From: a virus
Taxonomy: Duplodnaviria; Caudoviricetes
DNA: 64,000 bases
Strand: one strand, 5' to 3'
Virus record (IMG/VR): IMGVR_UViG_3300014204_000111
Location: 128,001 to 192,000 of that record
Shown here: piece by piece, positions 38,092-51,300 of the stretch
Numbering within the stretch: the first letter of the stretch is position 1
Layout: every line of letters begins with the position of its first letter
The notes under the pieces: model-generated
The model's input: only the letters and a program-made list of their open reading frames with translations
What the model was told of the DNA's origin: nothing
The model's database searches: none
Made by a program: the position numbers and the translations under genes

Positions 38092-39191
38092 TTAATTCTA
38101 TTAACCTCAATAAATTCTGCTTTTTTCTGAAATTCTTTGATTGTTTTTGCTCCAACATACGTCATTGAACTCTTTAGTCCTCCAAGAAGTTTTTTAACAA
38201 CATCGAGAGCAGAACCAGAATAAGGAACATATTTAGTTTCACCTTCTGCAACAATTCCTTCCTTCATTCCTCCATACCATTCTTGTTGGAAGTCTTCCGA
38301 AGATTGTCCCCAATATTGTCTATATAAATCTTGTGGATATTGTCTTTTTTCAAACATTCTTTTATATTCGGGTCTTATTGTTGGATTAGATTCTTCTAAG
38401 TCAATCATTTTTTGAATATCAATCATATGGTTAACTTTATCAATACCTAACTCTGAAGCCATAACTCTTTGAGTGAACCATCTTCCTCCTGCTTCTTCTG
38501 TTCCTGCAAGTAAAGAACCAATCATAACTATATTTGCTCCTGCTGCAATAGCTTTAGCGATATCTCCAGAGGTTTTAATTCCACCGTCAGCGATAACAGG
38601 AACTTTAAATTGTTTGGCTACCTTAGAAACCCAATGAATAGCAGTGATTTGAGGAACACCACAACCTGTTACCATTCTAGTAGTACAAGAATATCCTGGG
38701 CCAATACCAACCTTAAGAGCAGAAGCTCCTTCATTGCAAAAATCTCTTGCTGCTTCACCTGTTGCTATATTACTAACAATAATTTTGCCAGTATGATTAT
38801 AACTTCTAATAAACTTAAGAGCATTTAAAACCATCTTAGAATGAGCGTGAGCAATATCGATACACAATTCAGCTCCTATATCATTAGTAATCTTACAAAC
38901 TCTATCTTTCCATTCACTTGAAAGACAATCTCTCATTCCTATAGTAACAAACTCTCCAGGTTTTACATCTTCTAAATCAACAAATCTATGATGAATAAAA
39001 GGCCCACCATTATTAATAAATATATCTCTCATTGATAAAGTAGCAATACAATCCATATTTGCTGGAATAATAGGAATTTGAGTTATCATATCTTGAGCGA
39101 TATAAGAACTTACATCTGGTTCAGTTCTACTTTCAACATTTGAAAACTGAGGAATAATCAAAACATCATCAAAATCTAGTCCCTTGGTCAT
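38088..39191 (-). CDS. IMP dehydrogenase/GMP reductase family protein without CBS domains
   Basis: [63 protein letters not shown]. Confidence 0.92.
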   Translation of the reverse strand: MTKGLDFDDVLIIPQFSNVESRTEPDVSSYIAQDMITQIPIIPANMDCIATLSMRDIFINNGGPFIHHRFVDLEDVKPGEFVTIGMRDCLSSEWKDRVCKITNDIGAELCIDIAHAHSKMVLNALKFIRSYNHTGKIIVSNIATGEAARDFCNEGASALKVGIGPGYSCTTRMVTGCGVPQITAIHWVSKVAKQFKVPVIADGGIKTSGDIAKAIAAGANIVMIGSLLAGTEEAGGRWFTQRVMASELGIDKVNHMIDIQKMIDLEESNPTIRPEYKRMFEKRQYPQDLYRQYWGQSSEDFQQEWYGGMKEGIVAEGETKYVPYSGSALDVVKKLLGGLKSSMTYVGAKTIKEFQKKAEFIEVNRIK

Positions 39192-39219
39192 AACGGCTCC
39201 TTCAAATTTGTACCCATTA

Positions 39220-39271
39220 ATGATACCCTAGTTTACAGCAATATAAGATAAACGGGTAAATTAGATGTATG
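39220..39271. promoter_or_regulatory. second divergent promoter pair (minus GGG-TATCAT; plus GGG-TAAATT-N6-ATG)
   Basis: motifs at 39220-39228 (-) and 39254-39262 (+). Confidence 0.65.
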
Positions 39272-39802
39272 AAAAAGATTTCGACAGATTTAAGACTTCC
39301 GACATTAGATATGAGTTATGAAGAAATTGTTCAATGGCTCTTTAATATTAGAGAAATTTGGGTAATTAAAGGTATTCCGAGACGTGTTTTTTCAGATTTT
39401 AAAAAACCTAAAAGCGGAAATGGATTAACTAAACGAGAAATCTTAGAATATATTCAAGAGACTTTTGAGAGTAGTATAGAACTTAAAGAGGAACAAGAAT
39501 CTCAAGTTTTCAATGCGGATTTAGAAGATAAATATTATGTATTTGAAATAGAGTATCTTGGCCCAGGTGGTCTTATTAGTTTAGAAACTGCTGATGGAGA
39601 TATTGTTTTAGCAAAAGGAATTCCAATTGCTCTTTATGATAAGGGAGCACACCTCCTCCAAATAGCAAGAGAAAGACCAGAAGAATTCACTGTTATAGCC
39701 AGAGATTATTACACTCATGAAGCCCAAATGTTAGATACTTATCGTAAAGTTAGAGATAAAAACAAGAGTGTTCCAAACAAACCATTTTTTAATGTTTGGT
39801 AA
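39269..39802 (+). CDS. hypothetical protein, possible HeH/LEM-like N-terminal motif
   Basis: MSYEEI...GLTKREILEYI; leaderless start. Confidence 0.6.
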   Translation: MKKISTDLRLPTLDMSYEEIVQWLFNIREIWVIKGIPRRVFSDFKKPKSGNGLTKREILEYIQETFESSIELKEEQESQVFNADLEDKYYVFEIEYLGPGGLISLETADGDIVLAKGIPIALYDKGAHLLQIARERPEEFTVIARDYYTHEAQMLDTYRKVRDKNKSVPNKPFFNVW

Positions 39803-39868
39803 GTCCGAAGATAAAGAGATTTAGGATAAGACAGGAAATTAGAGCGCCTCGCATATTGGGCCAAAATT

Positions 39869-39885
39869 GGGTAATATAGATTATG
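39869..39885 (+). promoter_or_regulatory. leaderless promoter GGG-TAATAT-N5-ATG
   Basis: recurrent motif. Confidence 0.7.
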
Positions 39886-40458
39886 AGTAAAATATGTACA
39901 AAATGCGGTATCGAAAAGTCGTTAGAAGAATTCCATAAGAGTTCTGCCTCAAAAGATGGTCATAAGCCAATCTGCGTAGAATGTCGTTCTAGATGTACTA
40001 CTCACCCTTTCACCCCAAAAGGAATGAAGTGGTGTGGTGGTTGTAAACAAAATTTGCCCAGAGACAAGTTTGATAAAAATGGTAATTGTTTGAGAAGTCT
40101 TTGTAAAGAATGTAGAAGTGACTATAGAAAAGGAACTCCTATGAGTGATAATGCTAAGAAAAATGCTAGAACTAAATATGAAGAGAATATGACTGTTTAC
40201 TATGATTATTTATCAACTCAAAAATGCGCTGATTGCGGAGACACAGATATTAGAGTTTTAGAATTTGACCATTTACCTGAATATGAAAAGAGTTTTAATA
40301 TTGCTCACAGAGCAGGTTATTTTTCTTGGGATAAAACTTCAGAAGAAATTAAGAAGTGCGAAGTAGTATGTAGAAACTGTCACGCTAAAAGAACAATTGA
40401 CAGACGAGAGAATGCTTTTATAACTAAATATATAAAAGCCCAAAATAGTGAGGTGTAG
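39883..40458 (+). CDS. HNH endonuclease with N-terminal zinc fingers
   Basis: four N-terminal CxxC; CADCG...LEFDHL...CEVVCRNCHAKRT. Confidence 0.88.
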   Translation: MSKICTKCGIEKSLEEFHKSSASKDGHKPICVECRSRCTTHPFTPKGMKWCGGCKQNLPRDKFDKNGNCLRSLCKECRSDYRKGTPMSDNAKKNARTKYEENMTVYYDYLSTQKCADCGDTDIRVLEFDHLPEYEKSFNIAHRAGYFSWDKTSEEIKKCEVVCRNCHAKRTIDRRENAFITKYIKAQNSEV

Positions 40459-40460
40459 TC

Positions 40461-41186
40461 ATTTTACTTCCCATTGGCCCTGTACTTGGTTTATCTTTTG
40501 GCGTCGATAGCATCTTAGAAAGAAGTCCTATTGACTATTGTGATATTGAACAAATCAAAACTTGGCTTTACAGATTGGACATAGATTTACATGGCATTGA
40601 CGGTGACGTTGACGGTGAAATTCGTAATGCTCTTTTATCAGTAAAGAGACAAGTAAATGGTCTTGTTCATACAGAATACGATTATGTTCGTCGTTTAGAA
40701 TGGTATTCAGGAGAAGCCCAGAATACTATTGTTGTTAGATATTATCCAGTTGTTGAACTAGAATATGTTCGAATGTATAACATTGATTATAATAGATTTT
40801 TTCAATATGCTGGTTCTGAAATGATTGTTAATAATCGTATTGGAACAGTCACATTTCCACCTTTATATATTGTTTCTAACCCATATAGAGCAATCGGAGC
40901 CTCTTTATCTGGGTTCTCATTCTTTCCTGGTAGAAGTAATGTACAATTAGTATATACTACTGGATTTTTAAATGATTCTATTCCTACGGACTTTAGTGAA
41001 GCAGTTGCTCAATTAACTGCTGCGAGATTGCTAGAAACAGCTTATTTGAGAATCACTGATGGTACTAAGTCGAGAATTATTAGCGGAGTCCAAGAGAATT
41101 ATGCAACTTTTTTTGAAGTAGCACAAGTCTGGAAAGATGAGGCTAAAAAAGCCTTAAGTAGATATCGTCGTATCAGCATTGAATAA
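40461..41186 (+). CDS. head-tail connector/adaptor-like protein, probable ATT start
   Basis: DYCDIEQIKTWL, YPVVEL, NVQLVYTTGF..IPTDFSEAVAQL, LSRYRR; GAGGTG RBS 5 nt before ATT 40461. Confidence 0.7.
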   Translation: MLLPIGPVLGLSFGVDSILERSPIDYCDIEQIKTWLYRLDIDLHGIDGDVDGEIRNALLSVKRQVNGLVHTEYDYVRRLEWYSGEAQNTIVVRYYPVVELEYVRMYNIDYNRFFQYAGSEMIVNNRIGTVTFPPLYIVSNPYRAIGASLSGFSFFPGRSNVQLVYTTGFLNDSIPTDFSEAVAQLTAARLLETAYLRITDGTKSRIISGVQENYATFFEVAQVWKDEAKKALSRYRRISIE

Positions 41187-41195
41187 AGAGATAAA

Positions 41196-41801
41196 ATGCC
41201 AATTAGAGATATAATAGAAATTCCCTTTCAATTCAAATATTTACATACAGAATATGGTATAACTATTGACCCATATCCATTTGAAAATACAATGGAAACT
41301 CAAGTAGGGTCAATAGTTAGATATTTTTCGACTAAAATATTTGATGTTAGATGGGCTGCTAGAAGATTTATGAGGATGGTACATAGAAGTGGTATTCCTG
41401 TTAATTATTATGAGGCATTTTATCTCAATGAAGGACAAAAAGATAGTTTAACTGGAACTCAAAATTTTTCTGGTGTTGTAGCAGAACAAACATTTGATAC
41501 AGGAAGAAGTGAAAGTGAGCCAAATATAGAAATTGGATATTTTAGTCCTAAACTTATTAAGGTATTACAACCTAATTTTAAAGGTGAAGTTACTAAAGAA
41601 GAAAAAGGACTTATTTATGAACAAGAAGCAGAAATTACTGCTCCTGCTTATTTCTTATTCCATAGATGGGATATACTTCAAATTCAAGATTCTAAATGGG
41701 TCATTATTAATGAACCAAAAATTATATATGATAATAAAGGATTTGTTGAAGGATTTTCGCTTCGTGTTCGTTTATTAAGACCAGGAATTGTAGGTTTTTA
41801 A
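41196..41801 (+). CDS. putative neck/head-closure protein
   Basis: position after the adaptor; WDILQIQDSKWVII beta pattern. Confidence 0.5.
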   Translation: MPIRDIIEIPFQFKYLHTEYGITIDPYPFENTMETQVGSIVRYFSTKIFDVRWAARRFMRMVHRSGIPVNYYEAFYLNEGQKDSLTGTQNFSGVVAEQTFDTGRSESEPNIEIGYFSPKLIKVLQPNFKGEVTKEEKGLIYEQEAEITAPAYFLFHRWDILQIQDSKWVIINEPKIIYDNKGFVEGFSLRVRLLRPGIVGF

Positions 41802-42349
41802 TGATAGATTTTATGTATTCTGTGGAAAGAAATATAAAAATTGCTTATCAAATTCAAAATATAGCACAATCTTTGCAGCAAGATTTTTTAATGCAAGGAT
41901 TTGAACAATATTTAAAAACAAATAAATTTAAAAGATACTTAGATTATATGTCTGATTTATTAAGAATAACAGTTGAGTCATATGTTCACCATAAATATCA
42001 TCAATCAGATATTAGAGTGTTCAAAAATCCTGAAACAGGAGTACTCCCAGATTTGAACTTCTCTTTATATGGAAATGACGAATATGAACAACTCCTTAAA
42101 GATAGATATGTAGAAAAGGGTAATATAATAAGTAGTCGTGAACAATTATCTATTATAGCCAAACCGAGGGAAGCGGCTAGAGCACAAGAATTACTCTTTA
42201 GAACATCTAAGGGTGAAACTATTAAAGCCGATTCTTATATAGGAGAGTTAATACGCTCTTTTATGCTTGCTCATTCTCCTGTAATACAGCAAAATTATGA
42301 TAATGATGTCCACAGTTATATTAGCAGAATCACTGCTTTTAGGATATAA
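41801..42349 (+). CDS. hypothetical protein, possibly neck/tail completion
   Basis: position only. Confidence 0.55.
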   Translation: MIDFMYSVERNIKIAYQIQNIAQSLQQDFLMQGFEQYLKTNKFKRYLDYMSDLLRITVESYVHHKYHQSDIRVFKNPETGVLPDLNFSLYGNDEYEQLLKDRYVEKGNIISSREQLSIIAKPREAARAQELLFRTSKGETIKADSYIGELIRSFMLAHSPVIQQNYDNDVHSYISRITAFRI

Positions 42350-42352
42350 AAT

Positions 42353-45300
42353 ATGCCATTGAATAAAGTCAATTTCGCTCAAGGTGCTAATTTAAGCTCT
42401 GAGTGCTTACAAAATATACAAACAAATTTTGATAGATATCTAAGTTCACATCAACATGATGGAGTTAATAGTCCCTTTATAGATGCCTCTGAGGTGCATT
42501 TAGAGGGCCAAGACGCAGGTAATCCACTTAATCGCACATTATATGACCATGTAAGAGATTACGCTATCCACGGGTTTGGAAATCGTTATGCTGTTACTAG
42601 TCCATATAGTGATACATTAAGTGAAAGTGATTATGTTGAGATAGATATTATCGAAGACTGTAAACAATGGACATTTAACGGGACTTATTGGGAAACTATC
42701 GTTCAACTAGCTAAGCCTATTGAAAGCGATTATACTGTTCAAATTCAGCCAGTATACAGTAATCATTATGTAGATTTTTTTACAAAATTAAATCCAGATA
42801 CAAACTTTGCTAATTTAGAAGGTGTTGTTCCTCTTAATAATACTCTTTTAAATTTACATATTATTCCTACAAACTTAACTTCTTCTAGTTTTGGAGTAAG
42901 ATTATACGCAATTGGTAAGGGGACTAGACATCAATTAGTATCATATGATGAATCTTTATTTGCAAATAAAAATAAAATTTATTTTGCTGAAAGATTAACG
43001 CTTCCTATTACAGGAAATAGTGAGTTAAATACATTTAAAATTCCTTATGCTGGAGGATTTAATTATCTTCCTAAGAAAGGAAAATGTTCTTTTCCTGTTG
43101 ATATATTTTTGGCAGTTAATGCTATTGTTACTCCTAATAGTACTAAACTTATTGTTGGGGATAGCGTTAAGCCTCTACCATTTAATATAGCAGATAATAA
43201 CACTTATGCATTCAGAGATATTAGCGAAGATATAGCTGGATTTCAAGCTCCAACAGATGCTGCTAATTTTGGTTTTATTACCGAAGAAGATGCAAAAAGT
43301 TTAGAAATTTTAAATCTTAGTTCTTTTAGTCAGGCACAACTAGCTAATATAGTTATTTCAGGAGATAATATTGAATATAAAACTAGAACTTTTCATTATA
43401 TAGACCAGCAAGGAAATACTGTAGATACTATTCCTGATGAAATACTACCAGGAATGATGTATTATGTTATTATTGTTGATACAGTTCATCATTTAAATGG
43501 AGACCCTGATTCTACTAGTACTATTATGAAGCCTCTATCAGAAATATTAATTATTTCTAGCGATAAAAATATCATAGAATATCAAGCTTCAATAGGAACT
43601 TTGACTCCTAGAACAGTAGATAGTTATGGAAATATAGCCGAAACAAATGTATTTTTAAGTGGCGACTATCAAGTTTTAGATAATGAATATATTCTTTTAA
43701 ATAATGTAACTTATAATGGAAGACAAGCTGATGATTTATATTATCAACCACCAAAAAATACAGAGGTATCAATTGCTTCTCAAGATTTTTCTGACGCTCA
43801 TTCCGATAATGCATCTCGTATATTTTATGATAATCATAATTTATTAACTGATATATTTCCTGGTTTAACACCAGAAACTTCTGTGGCACTTTATTATAAA
43901 GGATTCAATTCTGTTGATTCTCAAGCTCTTTATCCTGATATGAAAGTAGATTTACGAAATACTTCTACATATAATAAAACAGTGTACTTTTCTAATAAAG
44001 AATACTTAATTGATAGTAAATTTATTCCTATTAGAATTCGTCCTAAGTCAATAGTTGTTAATGCTAAATCTGTTCTTACCACAGAATATAATGCTATTTT
44101 TGTTAGACCAAAAACTATTATCTTAAGACCAGAAGATGTATTTTATCCTTTAACTGGTGCTCAAAATACATTTAATTTCCCACAAGGTGTAGCTATTGGT
44201 TTAAACAAAACTTTAGCCTTTAAAGCACTTAATTTGGATAATTTTTCTGATAACTTCAATTCATATCATTTCTACGCTTATCTTAAATGTCCTACTAATG
44301 ATGGCAAATATGTCACTGGATATGCTGAATTTTTTAATAATAACTTGTTAGACTATATTAATGATGCAGATGCAGAGTCGATTGATTATCAAACTATTCA
44401 AGGAAATGCTGAAAGTAGAATCTTTACTGGAGAATTTTCCACATATGTTCCAGTATCAGGTAAACTAGTTAGTGAATTAATTGACAATTTAAGAAATTAT
44501 TATATTGAAACAGATAAAGAGCCTTCTGAGGCTATTATTCCAGGTATAACAAAAGTTTTTATTAATAAATCTGATATTCAACCACTGAATTATTTAAACA
44601 GATTCTATACTGGGTCAGACTTGTCTGCTAAATTTTTGGCACATAGTTCTACCACTCCGCTAGATTCACATATTGGTATAGTTAAGAATGTAGAAAAAAC
44701 TAATTCAGAAACATGGAGAGTAAATCTTTACAGTCCAGTTCATCAAAATTCAGAAGCTACTTATTTACAAAAAATATTTGATGGATTAGATTTTATACCA
44801 CAAGATGTAGTTAATATTAACGGAGAACCAGTCTTCTTATCCAAGACTCCTACAGAACCATTATTATACAAGAGAATAACCGCTGAGGTTGTCAGTACAA
44901 ACAAAATTATTTTGGATAAAAATGATATCATTAATACTAATAGATATCAAGATAATTTATTTAGCTTTGATGTTTACTCAGAAGACGATTCAAAAGTTGT
45001 TACTAATACAAAATATATTGCTAATAATAATGATGTAGAATTTACACACTATCTATATGTTGGGTCAGAATTACCATTTAATACTATTGATTGTATATTA
45101 GATGACCCTATTAATGCTTCTTTAGGAGCAACAGTTACTTACCAATTTTTAGACCAAGAAAGTGAATGGATTGACCTTACTTTATTAAACAATACAACAA
45201 CTCAAAATTTAGATTTTTATGGATTAGGAGATTTTTCAGAATTTCCTAATTCTGTTGCTATTTTTGAGCGTCCTAATATTGCCACTATTAACGAAAGATA

Positions 45301-48300
45301 TTCTTCTCAACCTTATACTACAAGCAGATGGACAAAAAGCTCTTTACCTGATTTTAAATCTACATCTAAATATTGGGTTAGAATTAAGGTAGATGTTCCA
45401 ACTCATAATTCACTACCTTCTAGTGATACTCGTAAAGGGTATTTTCCTGTTATTAGAAGCGTTTCTGTATATTCAACCTCTCCTGCAAATATTAGGATTA
45501 ATAACTGGTCTTGTACGGCTACACAAGATGTAAATCAAAAATACATAGTTACTCTTACTAAGGTAAGTAATGCCTCAACAGATATCAGTTATTTAAGAAA
45601 GGGAGATTTTGTTTCTTGGAGACAAATAATAGATAGTGTTACACACTATTTCCAAGGGACACTTATAAGCGCAGCTAAAGACGGAAGTAATAATATTACT
45701 TTAATAATTAATAGTCCTAAATGGGCTGGAGAAGAATCTACGGTATCTATGGTTACGTCATGTAGAAATCCTCTCTCATATATTCGTAATATTCGAGTGC
45801 CAATCGATAAAGATATACATGTTAATATTAGTAGAAGAACAAATCAACAAAATCCTATTCCTCCATTAGGAACTTCTGGATTTTATGATTCTATTGCTTA
45901 TGGAGCGTTAAAACAACAATTTTTCTTAATCTCTGAAGACCATGAAACACCATTGACATTAAACGAAGATTTTGATAATATTCGTAATTGTTATGATGAA
46001 TATGACGATAATGAGACTCCAGACAAAGGAGATATACGCACTTTTTACTTTAAGGGAGATTTTGTTCTTACTGAGGTATGTCCTCGTATTATTTCTGATA
46101 CAGTTCAATATGGAATTATTTCAGACCACTCTATAGGTATCCATGATAAGTTATGGATTAATTTGCTACAATATAATTCTTCAAACTTAAATTATTATGT
46201 AGCAAAACTTTCTACTAATGACCAGTATTATTTGGTTATTCGTAGTGGAGGAACTTTACCAGTTGAAGAAGATTTGAATGATTTTAATGTTGGAGCTTTT
46301 TCTAATAAGTTCGCTTATTTATGGGATGATAATTATCCTATTTTAAGTAGAGATGGAATTGTCGAAGATATATCAGAAGATTCTCCTGGTGGAACCTATA
46401 GTTTAACAGATATTGAATTTTCTCAAAGAGTGTCCAAATTTTATAAAGGAGATGCTTTATCTTTTGGTGCTAGAAATCTTATCGGTATAGTTTTTGATAC
46501 CGATGATATTTATACATCTTATAATCCAGATAGACCTTCTTTTACAAATGTAAATGGTATTGATGATATTTCTAATACATTTGAACTAGTTCTTCCAATT
46601 AGTGTGACTAGTTTTGGAGATAATGTTTTTGTTAATAATGGATTAACAAATACTGGAGATACTTTTGTTTACTCTGATGCTCGTACTATTTTAACAAAAG
46701 AAGCAACTTTAGATAGTTTCCCAGAATTACCTTATGAAATAGATTTATTAACCTTAGTAGAGTCTGATTCATTATATGCCAAAATTAATACTGTTAAAAA
46801 TACAGAAGACGGTTTAGAAATTATACTTGGAGATAATCCTCCAAATACTGATGAAATATTATTAGTATCAGAGGGTTATTATAGTAATATTTCCTCAACT
46901 TTAACTATTGAAGATGATGATATTAATCGTATTAAGTCCAGAATAACACAGTTAAGAACTGAAAACAAAGGACTTGGAGATGCTACAAATAATGGAGACT
47001 TCAAATACGAAAAACTTGTCCAAAGTCATAAAGCTTATGATTTTGGTAGGGCTTGGGCTGGCTTAAAAGATAAGCAAGCTAGAGTGGCTGTTAAGTTTAA
47101 TCCTACTTTAGACGATAATGTTTCTTATAATATTAAGAACTTTTCTTTTTTACCAGGATATGATGGAAATTCTATCAATGGTATTAATTCTATTGGAAAT
47201 GGAATATATTGTTTTGTAACCCCAATTCGAAATATCAAACATTATAATCCCGCTCTTGATGGGAACTATTTTGGTGTAAATATTAAATTATCTGACTCTT
47301 TTGCCTCTTTATCTAATTTGACTTATGCTCATACTCATGGTGCTGTAGATACTTATAATGTTGAATCTATTGTTGATTCTATAGGTAAAGTACCATCTGA
47401 TAGTTTATATTATTTATTATCTGATAATCCTATATCTGGTTATCTACCTTATGCAGGTAATATTGTTACAAGAACAGTTAATGGTGTTACATATACTAGA
47501 GCTGAGGCTAATGCTACTCTTTTAGATATTTCAACTGGAAGAAGGTATATTCGTGTAGCTAATAAATGGAGAGACTTATTAACAAATACTGAACCAGTAT
47601 ATGAACTAGTTTCTAAATTCAATCCGTCAAATCATGATGAATCTTTAGTTTGGCATTTAGCAAAAATAGATAACGAATATTTTATCTATGTAGGTAATTA
47701 TTCTATTATTGACCCAAGCACAATTCCTTTCTCAGTAGGAACTATTTTACAAAGTTTTGATGCTTGGCCTATGACAACTAGTATAACATATGATAATCCA
47801 TATTTTATAGTAGAAGCATCTTTTGATAGTCAGAAGAAACCACAAGACACAACTTATACTCATCAAATTTGGAAGAAAGTTAAAGAAGGAGATAATACTA
47901 CAGTTATTCCGTGGGGGCCAACTAATAATGCAGTATTTGGTGGTTCTTACTTAAATTATGCTACTTCTATTTTGCCAGTTAAGACAGGGCAAACTGTTTC
48001 AGTAGTATGCTTAAATCTTGGCGATGATGGTACAAAAGAATATATTAAAGCTAAAAGTATATCACTTGGAACTGTTGCGGAAGCTTGGTATAATCCGGTA
48101 AATATTAATCGTATTGCAAAAATACATTATACAGCGGGTGTGGTTGACAGTATAGTTTTCAATGATACTATTCCTCAATATATGGATATATGTCGAGTTA
48201 TTAATAGCAAAGATATTTATATATTTTATGGAGTATCTCCTAATGGAAGATGGACAAAATATGATTTGTCTATATTTGAAAATATTAACGATAAAAATAA

Positions 48301-51300
48301 TACATTAAATAAATATGCTTATATTTCAACACCAAATGGCGTTTATAAACAAGAAGAATATTATATTGGAAATACTAGATATTTATATTGGAAAAAATAT
48401 AATTCATCTACTCATATAGCGAATAAATTTGTTGCTATTTCTAATAGTGAAGAGCAAGGGTCTAAAATTATTTATGAAAATCCTTATATAACTGGAGATT
48501 TTGATACTTTATTCAAGGGTAAGTCTATCTATATTAGAACACAACCTATTACTAATAACTATAATACAAAGAATTCTAATTATGTTATGCCTGATTATGA
48601 TGATACTTTATATGAAACTTTCTTAGGTAAGGTTTCTGAAGTCATTACCAAAACTAGAAAACAAAGTATAACTGAACAAATAACTGGAGAAAAATCAAAA
48701 GAAACAGAAAATGACTCTACACAAAAAGATTTCTCTATTTCTGGTTCAACTATTATTACAGATATTTATTTGAGATTTGAAGACGAAGCAGGGTCATTAA
48801 ATAAAGATTTAGTTGATTTATTGTTCAAAACTCCAGTCCCAATTTACGAAGATGATTTATCATCTTATGCCGAATCTCAGATGATAAACTGGTCTAGAGT
48901 TAATGCATTAGCAATTAATAAATCTACATATCCTGCAACTATTGTTCAGAATTTTAATTTGAATGATTATGTACATACGGATACTTTGAGTAATACGGTA
49001 TTTTTCCCTGCAAGAGCGACAGATTGGGGAACAACAACTAGATTTACTGATTCATATGGAGCATCATATAATGATGCAGATTCTAAGCCATTGTTTGCTC
49101 CAACTCTCCATAGAGAGGGTAATTGGGCTTCTCAAACAAAAATTGGAGATAGAATCACATATAAGCCAAAAGAAGTAAGTCATCATGCTTATAAGAAGTT
49201 AGTTTTACGTCAGCCTAAAGATGACCTTTATGTATTATTAGATTATATGTCTGACCCTCACAGAGATTATATGACAGGTCAAGAACATACTCCTCTTATT
49301 TTCTCTGGTACTAATTCTTTATTATTTAATAGAGATATTTCTACTTACACACCTGTAACTGATGGAAATAATAATACTCTTGGTATTTCTCAGCCTGGAG
49401 AAATTATTAACTTAGTTACTGATAAATATTTAGAAAAATTTGGGCCATATAGTTATAAAACTTATAAAACTAAATTTTCAAGATTGGCAAATTTGGCTAA
49501 TAGTGGAAATGCTAATTTATTAACAGTTGTATCTAAGAATGGAAATAATGATGATTTAGTAGAGTTGTCAGAAGCAGCAAGTTATATTGAGGCAGATGGA
49601 TTAGACACCTATATTTCAATGGCATTTTTAACTTCTTTTGCAACCAATTCGATTAATACAATAAATAAAGAGAAAGGTGTAAATACTACTGTACCTAGTT
49701 ATGGAGTAAAATTAGACGGACAATATGAAATTTTAACAGGGTCTGATGAAGCTGAGCCAAAAATTGAATTCTCAAAATTTGTAACATCTTTGTCTCTTAA
49801 AAATTGGTCAATTGGTTATAGAGTTATTGTAGCTGAATCTGATGGAAGTTCTTGTACATTACCTGTAATGGTTAAGTATAAAGAAGATGTATTCGACCAT
49901 ATGAAATATTATGACCCTAATAGTACGGCAACTATTGATGTTAGGGATTATATAATATTCTATGATGGAGTAAGATATAATTTAATTACTCCTGATTATA
50001 CATATAATAATGAAGATATTGCTTGTCTTACATCTACACTAGGTAAGGTATATTATAAATATACTCTTGATGGATGGACAAGATTATCTACATTTGATGA
50101 TTCTACTACCATTCGTAGAAAAATTACTGTAAATGATAATAATACAATAGAATCTGAATACCTCAAAAATCTTTATCCAGGTATTGCTATTTTAAGTGAA
50201 AATGCTTTTAATTATAATACTATTTACGAAGATACTACAGGAGATATGATTCTTGGATATGTAAAAAGAATTAGATATGCATATTCCGAAGATGATGTAA
50301 TTGACCAATCTAGAATAATTGTTGAACAAGTGGATAATATTCACTCATTAGCTTATCCTCCAGAGATATTTGGTGTAGGAGATACTTTCATTATTCGTGA
50401 TAGAGTATTTACAGACACTATTGTTGACCCTATTGAGTTGTTTTTAGGAGATACTCCTGGGGAATGGATAGACGATAAGTATACAAGTATTTTATCATCT
50501 ATTATAGGTAATCCTCTTCAATTAGTGGATACTCCAAATGCAGTAGAAGGATTTAGTGAAGCAGATTATTATAATTTAATTCCGGCAGGAACTAAATTTC
50601 TTAACTCTCCAGTAATTTTAACTGGCCCGTGGATAGGTCATGAAAATGAAATCTCATGTTGGACAGGTTCAGAGTGGTTATTTGATGCTCCAGAAATAGG
50701 CAGAATACTAGCTATTACTAGTAGAGATACTTATGTGCGTTGGGATGGTGTTCAATGGTCTGATATAGAAGTTCCTGCTTGGTGGTGGGATGCTTCTGCT
50801 CCAGAGGGTGTTATCGCTATTGCTACTACTGGATGCATGAGTAAAAAATCTGGAGACTATATTGATAGAATAAACAATTTTGAACAAATGTGGAAATATA
50901 TCACTCCTGAAGTAGGAGATATACTTATTGCCAAAGATAAACAAAAATATGAGTTTAAACAAGGAAGTCCTCTTGATTGGCATAATATAAATAATAGAAC
51001 TTATCAAATAGAGTTAGATAATGGTAGAACATTAGATGCTGGTACTTACAGAACAGCCTTTGTATATCCTCCATTGATGACTAAGGTTCCAGAAGATAAT
51101 ACTCGTCATTCTTTCTATACGGCAGATATTGATGGAAAAGTTATCTATACTAATAACTTATTATTCGATTATGAAAATCGTGTAATGATAAAGAGCTATA
51201 ATGATAGATATTTTGGTAGAACTAGTGTATCCATTCATAAACAGTTACATAAGAATATTAATGGTCAATTTTATAATAGATTAGAAGATGAAATACACAT

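Noticed and set aside
36215-40460. Group I intron around the LAGLIDADG or HNH genes
   Set aside because: The capsid gene looks complete with its own terminator, flanks are too short for a ribozyme core, and no split exons are evident
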